DNA from: Glaucostegus cemiculus
Taxonomy: Eukaryota
Assembly (NCBI GenBank): GCA_976551045.1
Contig: CDPCPM010000011.1
Span: forward strand, 2,170,001 to 2,234,000
Length of the DNA stretch: 64,000 nt
Reading direction: 5' to 3'
The translations under genes and the position numbers were made by a program. Positions within the stretch are counted from its first letter, which is position 1, and each line of letters opens with the position of its first letter. This document shows, in pieces, positions 12,251-24,789 of this stretch. The notes beneath the pieces were generated by a model. It worked only from the letters and a program-made list of their open reading frames with translations, was not told the origin of the DNA and did no database searches.

Positions 12251-15200
12251 AAAAAAAGCAGCCTGAATGTGCTCAGTTATGACCCCACAGACAAATAAAT
12301 CTCTCAGTGCACTGTCTAGGAATACCCCAAAATTACAGAGACATAGCAAATTCTTCAACTCAAATATATAATCCCTGATTGTTTTTCTTTATGGTTTTGA
12401 CTGCAGGTACTGAAGTTACAGCTTTCAAAAATTTCTAAAGGTTCTGGGTCAAAATATTTTGATGATCTCACTGAAGGAGACAGCTAATGTCCTATAAAGC
12501 ATACATAAATTCACTAGCATCAAGTGGAAATGCAATCCTATTTCAACTAATGTAATTTTACTTCACTTGTAAATGGCTTTGTTCTGTTCATTATCACTTC
12601 CCCCCCCCCCACTACTTCCATGATAATATTATGTTCAAAAACATCTTCATTCACTCTAAATATGTACTAAACATTCCCTGCATCTTGTCATGGGTCTCTA
12701 ATTTTCCAATATATCCTGCCCATCAGATCTGCTATTTCCCCCATATTCTGTTTGCAATCACCCTAACAATTTAAATTGTTTAAACTGAGCTTTGCCCTTT
12801 TTATCTTTCTTCACTTTTCTTGTAAGGATCCCAAACTCATTGAGTTTCACTTCCCCATAGTATAAACATTCACAGCACCCCACTCTTGTCACTGGTGTGG
12901 TATCTGGCTGGGTTCTCTCTTCGACTAGAGTGGTAAGTGTTGAAAACCTCATGTGCACTTAGGAGCTCTAAGAAGTGATTGCATATTCCAATGGCTTCAT
13001 CAGATTGACTCAGGAAGCTTCTGCAGAACATGTCGCAATCCAGAGTAGTCAATCACCTTACACTGAGATAACAGCCGTAGGGCAATCATTACCCTTTTAG
13101 AACCATTCACAGAGGACAAAAAGGGAGAAAAGACAAAACAAATAGAACAGCAAACCCACTTTACACTGGTTTCCAACAGAACTAAGTAGATTGTACATAC
13201 ACGCAAAAAATGAGCAGTATCTACTAATGTTTGATGGTTTACAGACACTTGCTGTGATCACCTCACGAAGTACCACATACAGCCAAGAGTCAATGGAAAT
13301 TTAAATCAGTGAGGGGCCAATATCAGACAACAGGGAGGAAAAACTGACTGAGAAAATAAGAGATTCTTACCTCACAGAAATTCAGAGAGACAACTGTAGA
13401 AACTGAGGGCTCACATGCTTCACTGCTCTTCATTTTTAAGATTCTCCATTCACAATACAGACCTAAACAAAATAAAATGGATATTTTGGAACGTGGTCTA
13501 TGCATGAAGATGCTTCTCATTCTTAAAGCCTGACATTAGAACAGCAGCTCTGATAGTGATATTCATTCTGCATCCCACTGTAGCAAAGGATTTGAACCAC
13601 TTCAAAGTGCAATTTAGATAAAAAGGCTTTGATGTACACAGATTGTACTCTACCCCAAAGCACCAATACCATAAAACAGGCAAGTCTTCCAACATATTTA
13701 ATAATTCTAAATCATTTGCATCATTGGTATAGAAGATTCTGCATTGAAATTTGAATTTTTTTCCAACTGTAAACCTATGTACTAATTTAGGTTTAAGGCT
13801 ACAACAATAGGAAGTGCTGCTGCTGTGATCCAGAAGGCTCCAATTTTCTTTTGTTTCATCATGTAGAAAAAAGAATTACAATATTTTCCCCATAAAAATC
13901 CCCAGGTTTGTGGGCAGATGTGGAACAGATGTCTGTGCACAAGTATGATGACATCACTGGCACCATAATGGATAAGCTTCATGCTCAGAACCGTCAAGAA
14001 ACTGGGCAAGATGCATGCGTTGTTTTGAAGCCAAAATAAATAGGTCCCTGACGAATCAGTAAAAGAAAACCTGCATTTCAAGAACATGGTAAAATGCACT
14101 CAGAAAGACCACAGTCTAGTGTCATTCACAAGCAACAGCACAATGGTGATGGTAATTATGTGCAGTGACCTGGGTAAAATAAAACTGACCTGAAAATATA
14201 GTGAAGTTGTCAAAGGAGGAGGGAAAAGAAATGACCATTTTGTGATAATCTCAATCCAAGCAACCAAACTGAACTTCTCAAGGATTATCTTTGAATTCCA
14301 AAACCAACCAACCAGCATTCTCTGTGTTGTTGCACTCATTTTGCATGATCAATCATTACATTACTGTTGACCCATCAGAAGTGACCTGTGCTTGCATGAG
14401 CAGACATTACCAAGAGACCATATGCTGCACTTTTGAAACCTGTAGCTAGCTGGAAAAAAGTGGGGGGATGGGACTGGAGCGCAAATTCACTTTCAGCATA
14501 ATAGAATTTTAAGGCATCAATTTGGACTAATATTTAATTGCTCCAAATGATCCTACTGAGATTTCAGGCAAATAGTAATGGTTTATGGAAAGTTCATGAG
14601 CTCTCCAGGGGTTTCACATTCTTCCATTTTTCCCTGTCAAGGCCTTCGCTCCTGCTATTCTGGGAAGTGCAGAAGCATTTGTGGATTGATTTCATTCTGA
14701 TTTCTTTTTTCTGCAAAGTTTTCTTTTTCCTCGACTATTATTCCTGATTTGATTGCTTCCTTCGACTGTCAGCAACACAGACCAAAGACATCCAGAGCCT
14801 TACTCATTCTTTAAATTTTCAGGCCTTTCTCTCACTTGTGTAAAGAAGCCACAATGGTATAAAGCTGAACAGCATTCTGAAAAGGCAGCGTTCACCAATT
14901 CTTGGGAATATGGGTTCAAAGTAATCCCACATACAGAAGGCAGCAAGCCCCGTCTCTTAACAGGGTACAGGCCAAATATGTATTGATATAATAATCCTTT
15001 CAATTCCAGGATATTGATTAAATATATCAACAATGACTCTCTGAACCTTACCCTAGAGAAAAATACAAAAAAATGTTCCCAGGCCTGGGTGGAATAAACA
15101 AGTTGTATTGACTGGACAGATTTTGTTACATTCCAAGAAATGGTTAATTCACTCAGGCCAATAAAAATTATCCTGTGCCATTTGAAAATACCTATTCTTG

Positions 15201-15999
15201 CAAAAAGTCCAAAAATTGTATGCTTGATTTAGGATGTGATTCCAACTACAAGCAAGGAATTAATTCCTCATTAGGCTCAATCTGGTCCAGTCCAAAAAGT
15301 GATACTGAAAATTGTGAGTATGTTGGGTAGACTGCAATTTTCACCAGTCTGTTTAGGTCAGGCTCAGGTCAAAAGCAATGGATTAGGTCCAGACTTTGCT
15401 AAGTGAGCCTGCTGTTCATTCTTGCCACTCAGCCTCCCCATTTACCTGGTTTGGAACCAGCAGGCTGAACTTGCTGGCAGAGAGCAATCACATCACATCC
15501 AGCCAGGCCCTGAATATTGCCAGAGCCTTGCACAATGGAATCAGATCACCTGGGCAGGCCAGAACAAATCCCGCCCACAAAACTGCTGATGTAACCATTG
15601 ACAGACAGCAAAGAAAAAGCACTTAATACACTTTTAAATAAAAGCACTACCACAAACACAAGTAACCTACAAAAAAGTAATTTTCCCTTCCTTCCTGGCA
15701 GCTGTAAGATCTCCTATGAAATGAATGGGCTTGTGGATTCCATGCAAATTGTTGGTTATTTTAGCAGGTTTGTGTTCCACTGTTGGACTCTGTGCAGTGT
15801 CCAGGGCAGATTCCCCAGCTGTTTGTGACTGTTGCATTTGGATTATACTCACCAAAACATGTCAGTACTTTCCAATCAGATTTGACCCACTGTTAGGGAC
15901 TTCACAGAGATCTGCTTAACCCTGACATAAATCTGCAGTCCTACTAAGCATCATGCCTGCAGTAGAAATCTTTTATACCAAATTTGAACATAACGCAAC

Positions 16000-16255
16000 A
16001 TAAGAAACAAACAGCAGCAGCATCACCATGCTTTTGTGGCTGCTCGGCATTTCAAAAAGGCTGACCTTTTACCTCAGCATCTCTTTACTTTCATTCCTTT
16101 AATATTCAAGAATCTATCAATGCCTGTCTTGAATATAGTCAGTCACTGAGCTCTCAGTTACTGGTTGAAAATTACAAAGATTCACCGCTCTTAACTTGAA
16201 GATAGTTCTCTGTCTGGAATGACCGGGCCTTACTTTCAGACACGCTGGTTATGAA
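16000..16255 (-). mobile_element. Decayed CR1 3' fragment
   Basis: cataagaaac...ttcaagaatctatcaatgcctgtcttgaatata...caaagattcacc is the reverse complement of a CR1 3' end. Confidence 0.5.
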
Positions 16256-16419
16256 CACCTCACCAGAAGATTTTTCACCCTTGCAACAGCTTTGCATGCA
16301 AACTAAAATAATCTCAATGAGGCAATTACATTCCATTTTAAAAATATAACAAAGCACTTAAAAGTAGCCACTGTATTTGTTTAAACTGACGTGGTTGGTC
16401 CTACTCTTTTTAATCATAA

Positions 16420-16715
16420 TCACAATCTTTTTCCGAGGATAGGGGAGTCTAAAGCCAGAGGACATGGATTTAAGGTGAGAGGGGAAATACTGTTTTCCAC
16501 ACAGAGGGTGGTGGGTATGTTGAACAAGCTGCCAGAAGAGGTGCTAGAGGCAGCTGTAATAACAGTGTTTAAAAAGCATTTGGACAAATACATAAGTAGA
16601 AAAGGAATATGAACCAAATGCAGGAAAATGGTATTAGCATAGTTAGGCATCTTGGTCAACATGGCTGAGTCAGGCCAAAAGACCTTTTTCCGTGCTGTAT
16701 GACTCTATATTCTAT
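16420..16715 (+). mobile_element. CR1 LINE 3' fragment
   Basis: ORF 16391..16612 reads LFPRIGESKARGHGFKVRGE..FSTQRVVGMLNKLPEEV. Tail ccgtgctgtatgactctat. Confidence 0.85.
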
Positions 16716-17879
16716 AAGTCTCACTCAGAGCATGTCCAGGCCAGTCCTACACTCACTCAGCTCAATATTTAAGAGTAACTCAGTCCAAATCAGTTCTGAC
16801 AGAAAGGGTACCTTACTAGTTTTGGTCGCTTTCATGTTTTGGTCAAGGAAGGATACAAGTCAACTAAGTGGTCAATGAGTAGGCCGACACAATTCCAACC
16901 CACAGTTCGTCCATCTGATTCTGATCAATACAAACAATAGATATTTGCATCTGTTTTGCACAAGTGCAGCGTCATGCACTCTTCCAGGAGATAATACATA
17001 AGCATGGATACATACAACATATTGAACTCATGGAACCGTTTTGCTGGCAAACAGCTGTGCAAAAAGAAGAGCTACATTTAAGTGTCAAATGTTAGTTACC
17101 CCATTGAATCTAGATCGAGATCCAATGGCCTGGGAACTGGATTGCTCAGCACTGCTGTTTATCCGATGGGTGAGGTTTACTTAAATTTTTGATTACAAAT
17201 CATGATCACACAATTGTAGCGCAGTTTGCACCACCTGTAAAATTGAACAGCATGGTAAATACAGCAGATGTACATGGGAGTACACCACTGGCGATGTCAA
17301 TCATCATATATTGCTGATCTGGCACCCACCTGCCTAATTAGGCTGCACAGAATCCAATTACTGCAGTGTATTAGCCACGCATAGGAAGCCAGGTCTGAAC
17401 AATGGGCAGAACCCGCCCTTCCCACTTTCACCTGCACTGTTCAATTACTCACATGTTTGTGGAGACTGAGCCGAGGTGAACTGACCTGGCAGATTGGTGC
17501 TGCCGGATAAGGAGGAAGTTTAAGGTGAAGCACACACCTTAGGTCCCAAAAGTAGCTCTAGGTGTGGTCCTCTTGGCCCCCATTATATCCATGAGCTGGA
17601 AGAGGGTTCAAAGACAGGCCTTTGACAAGAGGGACAAGGGCTCCGCCCAACACTGGCTTTTGTCTGATAGCCCTGTGGCCACCTCACAAATGAGTAATCT
17701 ATATGAAGATTATGATTCTCCTAGGCTGTGGTTATTGCTATGTCCCCCCACCCCCATTAGTCAGGGCCCAATCTTAGGCCCGTGCCTAAACCATCCATGG
17801 CATTGAGCATCAAAGAGGCTCTCAGCTTCATGACCTCTGGCTTATTTTGAATAGAGAATGGTCAGCTCTGTAGGTATGT

Positions 17880-18340
17880 GAATTTGATCAGGTTGTAGGT
17901 TTCCTTATAGTTTAGAGAGTGATAGAATAAATGTATGTGATGTTGACTCTGGGCAGGAACCCTGATTCTTCTGGGAACAGAAAACACTTTCACTGCTGGA
18001 TTTGACCACTGCAGGAAGTAATGATAGTGAAAGCATCTCTCCGGGGAGCTTCTGTGCCAATCGTTTTCAGGGGATCCACATTTGAGTAATAGGTGCCTAC
18101 TGGGAGTCATGGGGTACTCCTTAAATCTCTGGCTCCTGACAACAGGCAGGGCTTCAGCAAACACTGCCAAGTGCTCCTTTAATGAGCTGCAGATCCATGA
18201 GGAACATTTTGAGCCAAATCTCTGGTTCACTAAAACATCGATGAATGGACCAGAGTTGGGAGACATTCCGAAGTGGGGTTCTCATTCCATTGTTGTCTGC
18301 TACATTGTGCGCAATTTGGCCATTATCCAGGCTCAGCTCT
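17880..18340 (+). mobile_element. Decayed PIF/Harbinger transposase (DDE_Tnp_4/HARBI1-like) remnant
   Basis: NRKHFH at about 17975 (cf. NRKGFHS). ORF 18082..18381 has CLLGVMGYSLNLWLLT (cf. LLGDKGYPL..WLMT) and SIVVCYIVRNLAI (cf. IVVCCMLHNLA). The element may extend over about 17100-19970. Confidence 0.6.
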
Positions 18341-18761
18341 CGTCCAACAGGAGGAGGAGGAACAGCAGAGGGAAGATCTAGGCAGGAAGCAAAAGCAAGA
18401 GGCTTTCTGTTTGTGTGTCGGGACATAGCTGATAACCCCTTTATTTCCAGCTGAGGATCCCACACCACCTCATGCTCAGTGTGAGGGAGTCCATGCCTGC
18501 AGGGCTCATGACGATAAACAGCAAATTACAGCCCCCTTTCCATCCAGAGGAAGTCCAACCATTTCTTCTTGACAAGCAGTGGCATTATCATTGCCCATTT
18601 CCACAACATCACTGGATCATTAACTAGAAACTGACCAGGACCAGGTTTTTAAATCATTCTGGCTGATAAAACTGGTTTTCTGCAGTAAGGGATCAGATTC
18701 CTGATATGGGGCCCATCCACCACTGACAAGTCAGGCTTTCAAAAGAATGTTCTCTGTTTAT

Positions 18762-18890
18762 TAGATCTTTATTAGTCACATGTACATCGAAACACACAGT
18801 GAAATACATCTTTTGCATTGTGATTTTGGGGGGCTGCCCACAAGTGTCGCCATGCTTCCAGTGCCAACATAGCACGCCCACAACTTCCTA
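18762..18890 (-). mobile_element. V-SINE 3' fragment (same family as 6505-6805)
   Basis: atctttattagtcacatgtacatcgaaacacacagtgaaat...gccaacatagcacgcccacaacttccta. Confidence 0.85.
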
Positions 18891-20049
18891 TGTTTGCATG
18901 GATGAGTTCATTTCCAGCTACATGGAAGAAGCTTGATTTCATCCAGGACATGGCAATCTTTTGAACGTCACCCCTATCAACCACCGTGGCTGTCAGGGCT
19001 TCTCCAGCAGCACTTTGAAACCTCTAATCTCTGCCACTCAACATTACAGGGAACACCACTACTTGGAGGATCACTTCCAAGACATTCATCAATCGTGCTT
19101 GGAAATATCTGGCTGTTCCACAGTTGTCATTGACTTGAAATTGTCTTGTCCCTCCAGCACCAGTGCTGCACAGGGAGCAGAAAAAACTTCACCACTTTCT
19201 CAAGGAGTGTTGGAGATGATCACTGTTGGGGATGAGACTAGTGTTGGGGAATCACTGGATGCTGATCAGCCAGCAATTCGCACATCCCATTAGTAAATAA
19301 CGACACAAGTCAGAACTGTGCTCAGCCAAGCAAGCATACAGATCCAATCAAAATCAAAACCATTGATTAGTTGGCTGTTCATTCTTAAGTAAAGCTTAAT
19401 GCCTATTTTCCACACGTCTTTACCTGCCCCAATGCTCCATCTGTGGCTGTACCAAGATGGTGGAGGGTCACTTGTTTGCATGAGAAGAGACTCTGGACAG
19501 CAGTGAAGGATGACCTTCAATTGCTCTGGGCCCAGGTGGCCTGGCTTCAAACTGTACAGTCTACCATCGAGAGGCAGCAGTTAGCTCCAGCAGACTGTGA
19601 GTCAACAACAAAGGCAACTGCCTAGTAGCAATGGTGAGGTGACAAATGCTGACATCCTGAGAGAGGGTGGCAAGTTGTGAAATCACCACCACTCTGCTGG
19701 AGTGGGGCCTGGGTGATGTTCAGTGTTGGGTGCCAGTGGATTCCCATGACATAGATAAAGCCCTAGTCCACAGCGGAATGTAGAGGCATAGTGGCAGAAG
19801 CTCAAACATCCACTGAAGTACAAGGTGGCCTCCTTTACAAAATAATAATCTGGGACTAACGTTGGATAGGCAGCGATTATTTTGTCACATGACAGCCTTA
19901 TAAGGTGATCGGCCCTCTTAATGCAATGGCCTTGATGTAAGGGACAGGGCAGCTCCAGATTGCGGAAGACTAATTTATCTTTGTAAATAATTTTTGTCCC
20001 TAAACTTACTGAGAAGGGTGTTTAAAGTGGGTGTGGTGTGTCAAAACTG

Positions 20050-20540
20050 TTACTCCCCTTTCCCCATTCCCATTACCAGTCTTACCACCAGCCTCGTCTT
20101 TCCCTTGTCCCATCATCAATCCCTGACACATTTCCACCCCCCCCCAAGCCCCATTCCCACTGCAGCCTTGTTCTCCTCCCAATCCCATCCCCTTTTCTCC
20201 CTATTGTAATCACTGGCCTTCCTCACCATCCCTCCCTCTCCTCCTCCACCCACCCTTTCCCACTAGCCTCTTCCTTACCCCGGTCCCTTTAATCAGCAGC
20301 CTCTCCTCTTCAGTGTCACTGCTAGCTCTCCCTCTCTCCACTGGCATCTCCTCAATCACCACTCAACTTTTCTCCACTCCCCTCCTGCTCCCACTCACTG
20401 TCACTGCCAGATCCCTCTCTCCTTTCAGTTACCACTGGCCTCCCTTCCCCATCTCCCTTTCACCCACCCAGCTCCTCATTATCAGCATATCATTCCTCGC
20501 CACTTCTGCCAGCTCCATCTTCCACCACCAGCCACATCGT
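20050..20540 (+). repeat. C/T-rich low-complexity tract
   Basis: Strong pyrimidine bias with recurrent cactggcct/ctccct motifs. Confidence 0.75.
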
Positions 20541-21450
20541 CCCCTCTCCCACCCTTCTGCTCTCTGCAGGGTCCACTCTCCCCATGACTCCCTGGTCGAC
20601 TCAATCCTTCCCTCCCACACCTCCCCATCCCCTGACACTTTCCCCTGCAACCATAGGAGGTACAACACTTGTCCCTTCACCTCCTCCCTCAGCACCAGCC
20701 AGGGACTGTAACAACCCTTCCAGGTCAGGCAGAGATTCACATGCCCCTCTCCATCCTAGTATATTCAGAGATTGTGATGTGGCGCTCCTCTATATCAGAC
20801 TGGGTAACCGTTTTGAAGACCACATGCACTCTGTGGCCAACTTAAGCTTCTGGTTACACGTCACTTCAACTCCCCTTCCCATTCCTGCACTGACCTGTCT
20901 GTCCTTAGCCTTCTCCATGATCAGGAGGAGGCCAAATGCAAACAAAAGGAACAGCTCCTCGTATTCCACTTGGGTAGTCTTCAGCCCTATGGTATGAACA
21001 TATAGTTTTCCATCTTCAAGAAACACACACCCTGTCTATTTCTTTCCCACTCTCACCAGTCCACCTGGGTTCTTGTTCCCTTTTTTCACCTTTTCTGTCC
21101 CTCCCCCCCTCATTATGAAGACTCTTCACCGCACCTGGCTCCATCTGCCCTTCACCCATGTACCTGACCACATGGGTATCTTCTCCTTTAGTTCACTTTT
21201 CCTATCCCCTCTCCCATTTGCCCATCATCCCTCCTTGATCTAGTTCCACTTATCACCTCCCAGCTTTTGTCTCACCCCTCCCTTTCACTTCTCTACACTG
21301 GCTCTCTTCCCTCTACACCCTCTGTACTATGCAGGGTCTCGAAATGTCGGCCATCGCTTTGCCTCCACAGATGCTGCCTGACCCGCTGATTTCTTCCAGC
21401 GGTTAGCGTTTTGCTCCAGATTCCAGCATCCGCAGTATCTTGCGCCTCTG
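20540..21450 (+). mobile_element. Penelope-like retroelement 3' remnant (GIY-YIG endonuclease region and terminal repeat)
   Basis: TFPCNHRRYNTCPFTSSLSTSQG (ORF 20313..20711) and LLYIRLGNRFEDHMHSV (ORF 20584..20997) match the Penelope Cys-rich linker and GIY-YIG domain, with deletions. Ends with acagatgctgcctgacccgctga...ccagcatccgcagt. Confidence 0.8.
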
Positions 21451-22371
21451 TGTTCCCATGCTGCTTCCTCTTACCCCTCCCCCACCATCAGCCCTCTACT
21501 TCCTCCACCCAACACATTCCTGCTCCCCCCCGAACCACTACTCCCCCCCACTCCTCCCCTATTCTCACCATTGTCACCCACTTCAAGAAGGAGATTTCTG
21601 CTGAGACTCAAAGGACTCGGGACAAATGTTGTGCCATATTCCTTTGGCACAGGACAGGGTCAAGATCCCTGAAGATCGGGGCTGTCCTGACCAGAGTCAG
21701 CACAGAAACAGGCCCCTTGGTTCACTGAGTCCACAATGACCATCAACATCCATTTACACTAATCCTACATCAATATCAATTCTACTCTCCCCTGATTCCC
21801 AACAGATCCCCCCAGATGGTTGGTCATCCCACTTCATTCCTTTTGGGTGGCTCCTGCCTGTTCTAAAGCAGAAGCTGAGATAGTCACCAGATGGTGGGGG
21901 ATGTGTGTCTTTAGGTAGAATTGGGCACCACCTCCACTCAAGGAAGGATGAGGTCCAGCCTTCACACAGGTCCCTGTACAAGATTGGAGTTGGATTCCCC
22001 CCATGCACCCCCAATGATTGTTCACTTCATTTCAATGGTTCTGATGCAAGATCGGTTTTCCCACACAAAAATGTAACACTTCTTCAATATCTGGTTGCAG
22101 GCAATGATTCATTTTCATCATCCCACTAAACAGGAAAAACAAGTTCCAGGTGAGTGTTTTCACTTACAGAAATAAGTGATTACTCACATTTGTTTCCCAC
22201 AAAGTTGTCAAACTGGCTGCAAAGATTAAATAACTTTATAACTACAAATATCCATTTTTCGTGAGCTTGTTAAATTAGCTAGTAGATTGAGCTCCTGTTA
22301 ATTGAACAGTCGGGCAAATTGCATTAAGATGAGAGAGAACAGTAAGTTCAAGAACAACCTGTTCAAGAGCT

Positions 22372-22465
22372 ACTGAAAGGTCAATAGCTTGAGATATTAA
22401 TTCCGTTTTCTCTCTCCATGGATGCTGTCTGACCTGAATATTTTCAGCATTTCCTGTTTTTATTC
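22372..22465 (+). mobile_element. Penelope-type terminal fragment
   Basis: gaaaggtcaatagcttgagatattaa...atggatgctgtctgacctgaatattttcagcatt. Confidence 0.55.
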
Positions 22466-22604
22466 ACTGATATTTAAATATCTAAATGATGGTACCATTA
22501 CTTACAATGTCTCTATGATGGAGACATCAGGATTTCTATTGGAATCGAGCAAGGTTTCCATTGAGATGATGCTTTCTGAGCTGCAAGTGGTTTCTTTCAC
22601 CAAC

Positions 22605-23040
22605 AGCTAATCTGTGGCTCAGTTGGTCACACTCTCACCTTTTGGTCAGAAGGTGGTGGTTCCAAACCCATCCTGAAGTGTGAGCACAGAAATCTAGGCA
22701 GCTTCTGGAAAGCTGCACTGTCAGAGGTACTTTTCTCAAATGAGACACAAGCCAAGGTTTAGTCCGCTCTCTCGGCTGTGTATAGGATCTTGCTGCACCA
22801 TTTCAAAAGCGAAAAGTGGAGTTAACCTTAGTGCATTAGCCAATATTTATCTCTCAAACAACTTCACTAAAAACAGATGATTTGATCATTATCACAGTGT
22901 TATTTGTGTCATCTTGCTGGGCATTAATTAGCTGTTGCGGTTCCTACATTGGAACAGAAAATGTACTTGAAGCAAGAGCATGTTAGATGTATGCACTCTG
23001 GGAGCTCAAGGTGAAAAATGTGATGTCAATGCATATTTTT
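22605..23040 (+). mobile_element. Deu-SINE (SacSINE1-like), near full length
   Basis: tRNA-like head (tggctcagttgg...ggttccaaaccc) plus Deu domain gccaatatttatctctcaaacaacttcactaaaaacagatgatttgatcattatcaca. Confidence 0.75.
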
Positions 23041-23599
23041 TGTTTGAGCAAATTTAAGCAGCTAGCCGCAGTTCCATTTACACTTGGTCTTTTTTTCTGA
23101 TCAACAGTGCAAGTATAAGGCAGTACTGGTGTCTGAGTCCAGCCACAGAAAAGGCTGAACATATCACCATATATGAGAACTTCTGCATTTAGTTAACTCT
23201 GAGACCCGTCGGTCTCCAATTACCACACCAAAAACTTCCTTTTATGGAGCACCTTTCAAAATTTAGGGCAAATCCAGAGAGTTCCCAGGAATGCCTATTA
23301 TGAGCAGTCCTTTATCAGACATGGGAAAGACTTCTCAGCCCTTCCCACAAGAGCTGAGGATCTGCATTGCTCCCTTGATAAATCCTGCTATGTGTTGAAG
23401 TCATCTTTGATTGCTGGTAATAATCAGGAGCAGGAATAATGGGTGAGTTGGTACTATTCTTGGCATTTTATATTCCATTGAAATCAATGAATTTTCCAAT
23501 TTAAGTGAAAGGCATCATTACTATATTTTAAGATAATTATTGTTACATACAACGATTAACTAGCTTTCACCATTGTCCCTCAGCTGCACCATCCCCACT

Positions 23600-23825
23600 G
23601 ATGTCATTCAGCCTTTCCTTATCTCCATTCTATCACACACATTCACTTTGTTCTCTTTGCCCCTCCCTCATCTCTGCAATGCAAAACATGTTTCATTTCT
23701 GACTTTGCTCATTTCTGATGATAAAACATCGAGCTGAAATATTAACTCTGCTTTTCTTCTCACAGATGCTGCCTGACCCACAGTGTATTTTTACTTTTTA
23801 TTTCAGAATTCCAGCATCTGCAGGT
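23600..23825 (+). mobile_element. Penelope-type terminal fragment
   Basis: tctgatga...gaaatattaactctg...cacagatgctgcctgaccc...ttccagcatctgcag. Confidence 0.6.
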
Positions 23826-24789
23826 TCATTTTGCATTCAAATGTAGTTTATGTACAAATGTTTAAGTTTGCCTGACGTCCACAAAGAAAAATACATGAGA
23901 AATTAAATAGAATTCTTAAATACATTGTTCTTGGTCCTTCTCAAATACTTGACAGCAGATGCATGAAGCGTCTCCCATCCTGTTTTCCATGGATTTGGAG
24001 TTACTGATGAGTGGCAAGCTGCATATTTAACAACAGGCAGTACACCAGTGACCTGGAGGTTTTTCTACCTGTGGGAGAAGCCAGAGGGAGGTGATGATAG
24101 ACGACGCAGAGCTTGGATGAAAGAGTACACGAAGTATTGCTCAAAACTCTGGCAATTTTCTTAAATTAATGGAGACTGTCAGAACTGGAAAATTCTTAGG
24201 AGTGCTGCTTATAAATTTCAAATGTGGCAATTATGTAATCCAACTAAGGTTCTGTTTTAGATCTCCACCATGGCAAATAGAACAGAATTCAGTCCTTGCG
24301 ATATTGTCTGAATGCACTGACATTGCACAGGCAGTTGGCTCTACTAATACCCAATGTGTTGCGGCAAAGATATATGGTCTGGGGCCGTTCCAGTGAAGGT
24401 TTCACACTAATGTCTAGCTGACAGATTGGAAGATTTCTCAGGTGTGGCAAAATAAAATAAACTCAGTACTAAATCTGTAATGTGGTTGGGTCACCAACTC
24501 AGTGCCACCCGCTCATGTTATGTCTGACACGGCTCAGTTGATCAGATTCCTGTCTGTCAGAGGTTAGCTGTAGTTTGTGGCTCATGTATATTGGCTGTCA
24601 AATGCAATTTTTTGGTGGGATACCACATTAAGAACCCACGTCACATGATTAACTATTGCAACATTATGTGCACTCTGCTTCAGATTGCATTGTGAGTTGC
24701 CTGCCACAAGAAACAGACATGATTACTTGGTGATCCTAGGCTAAGTCAGTTATGAAAATATTCCCCAACACTGCACATGAAAATCATAA

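Noticed and set aside
17880-18340. Domesticated HARBI1-like gene
   Set aside because: It has stops and frameshifts, and the Asp of the GDKGY motif is lost (GVMGY). It is a dead transposon.
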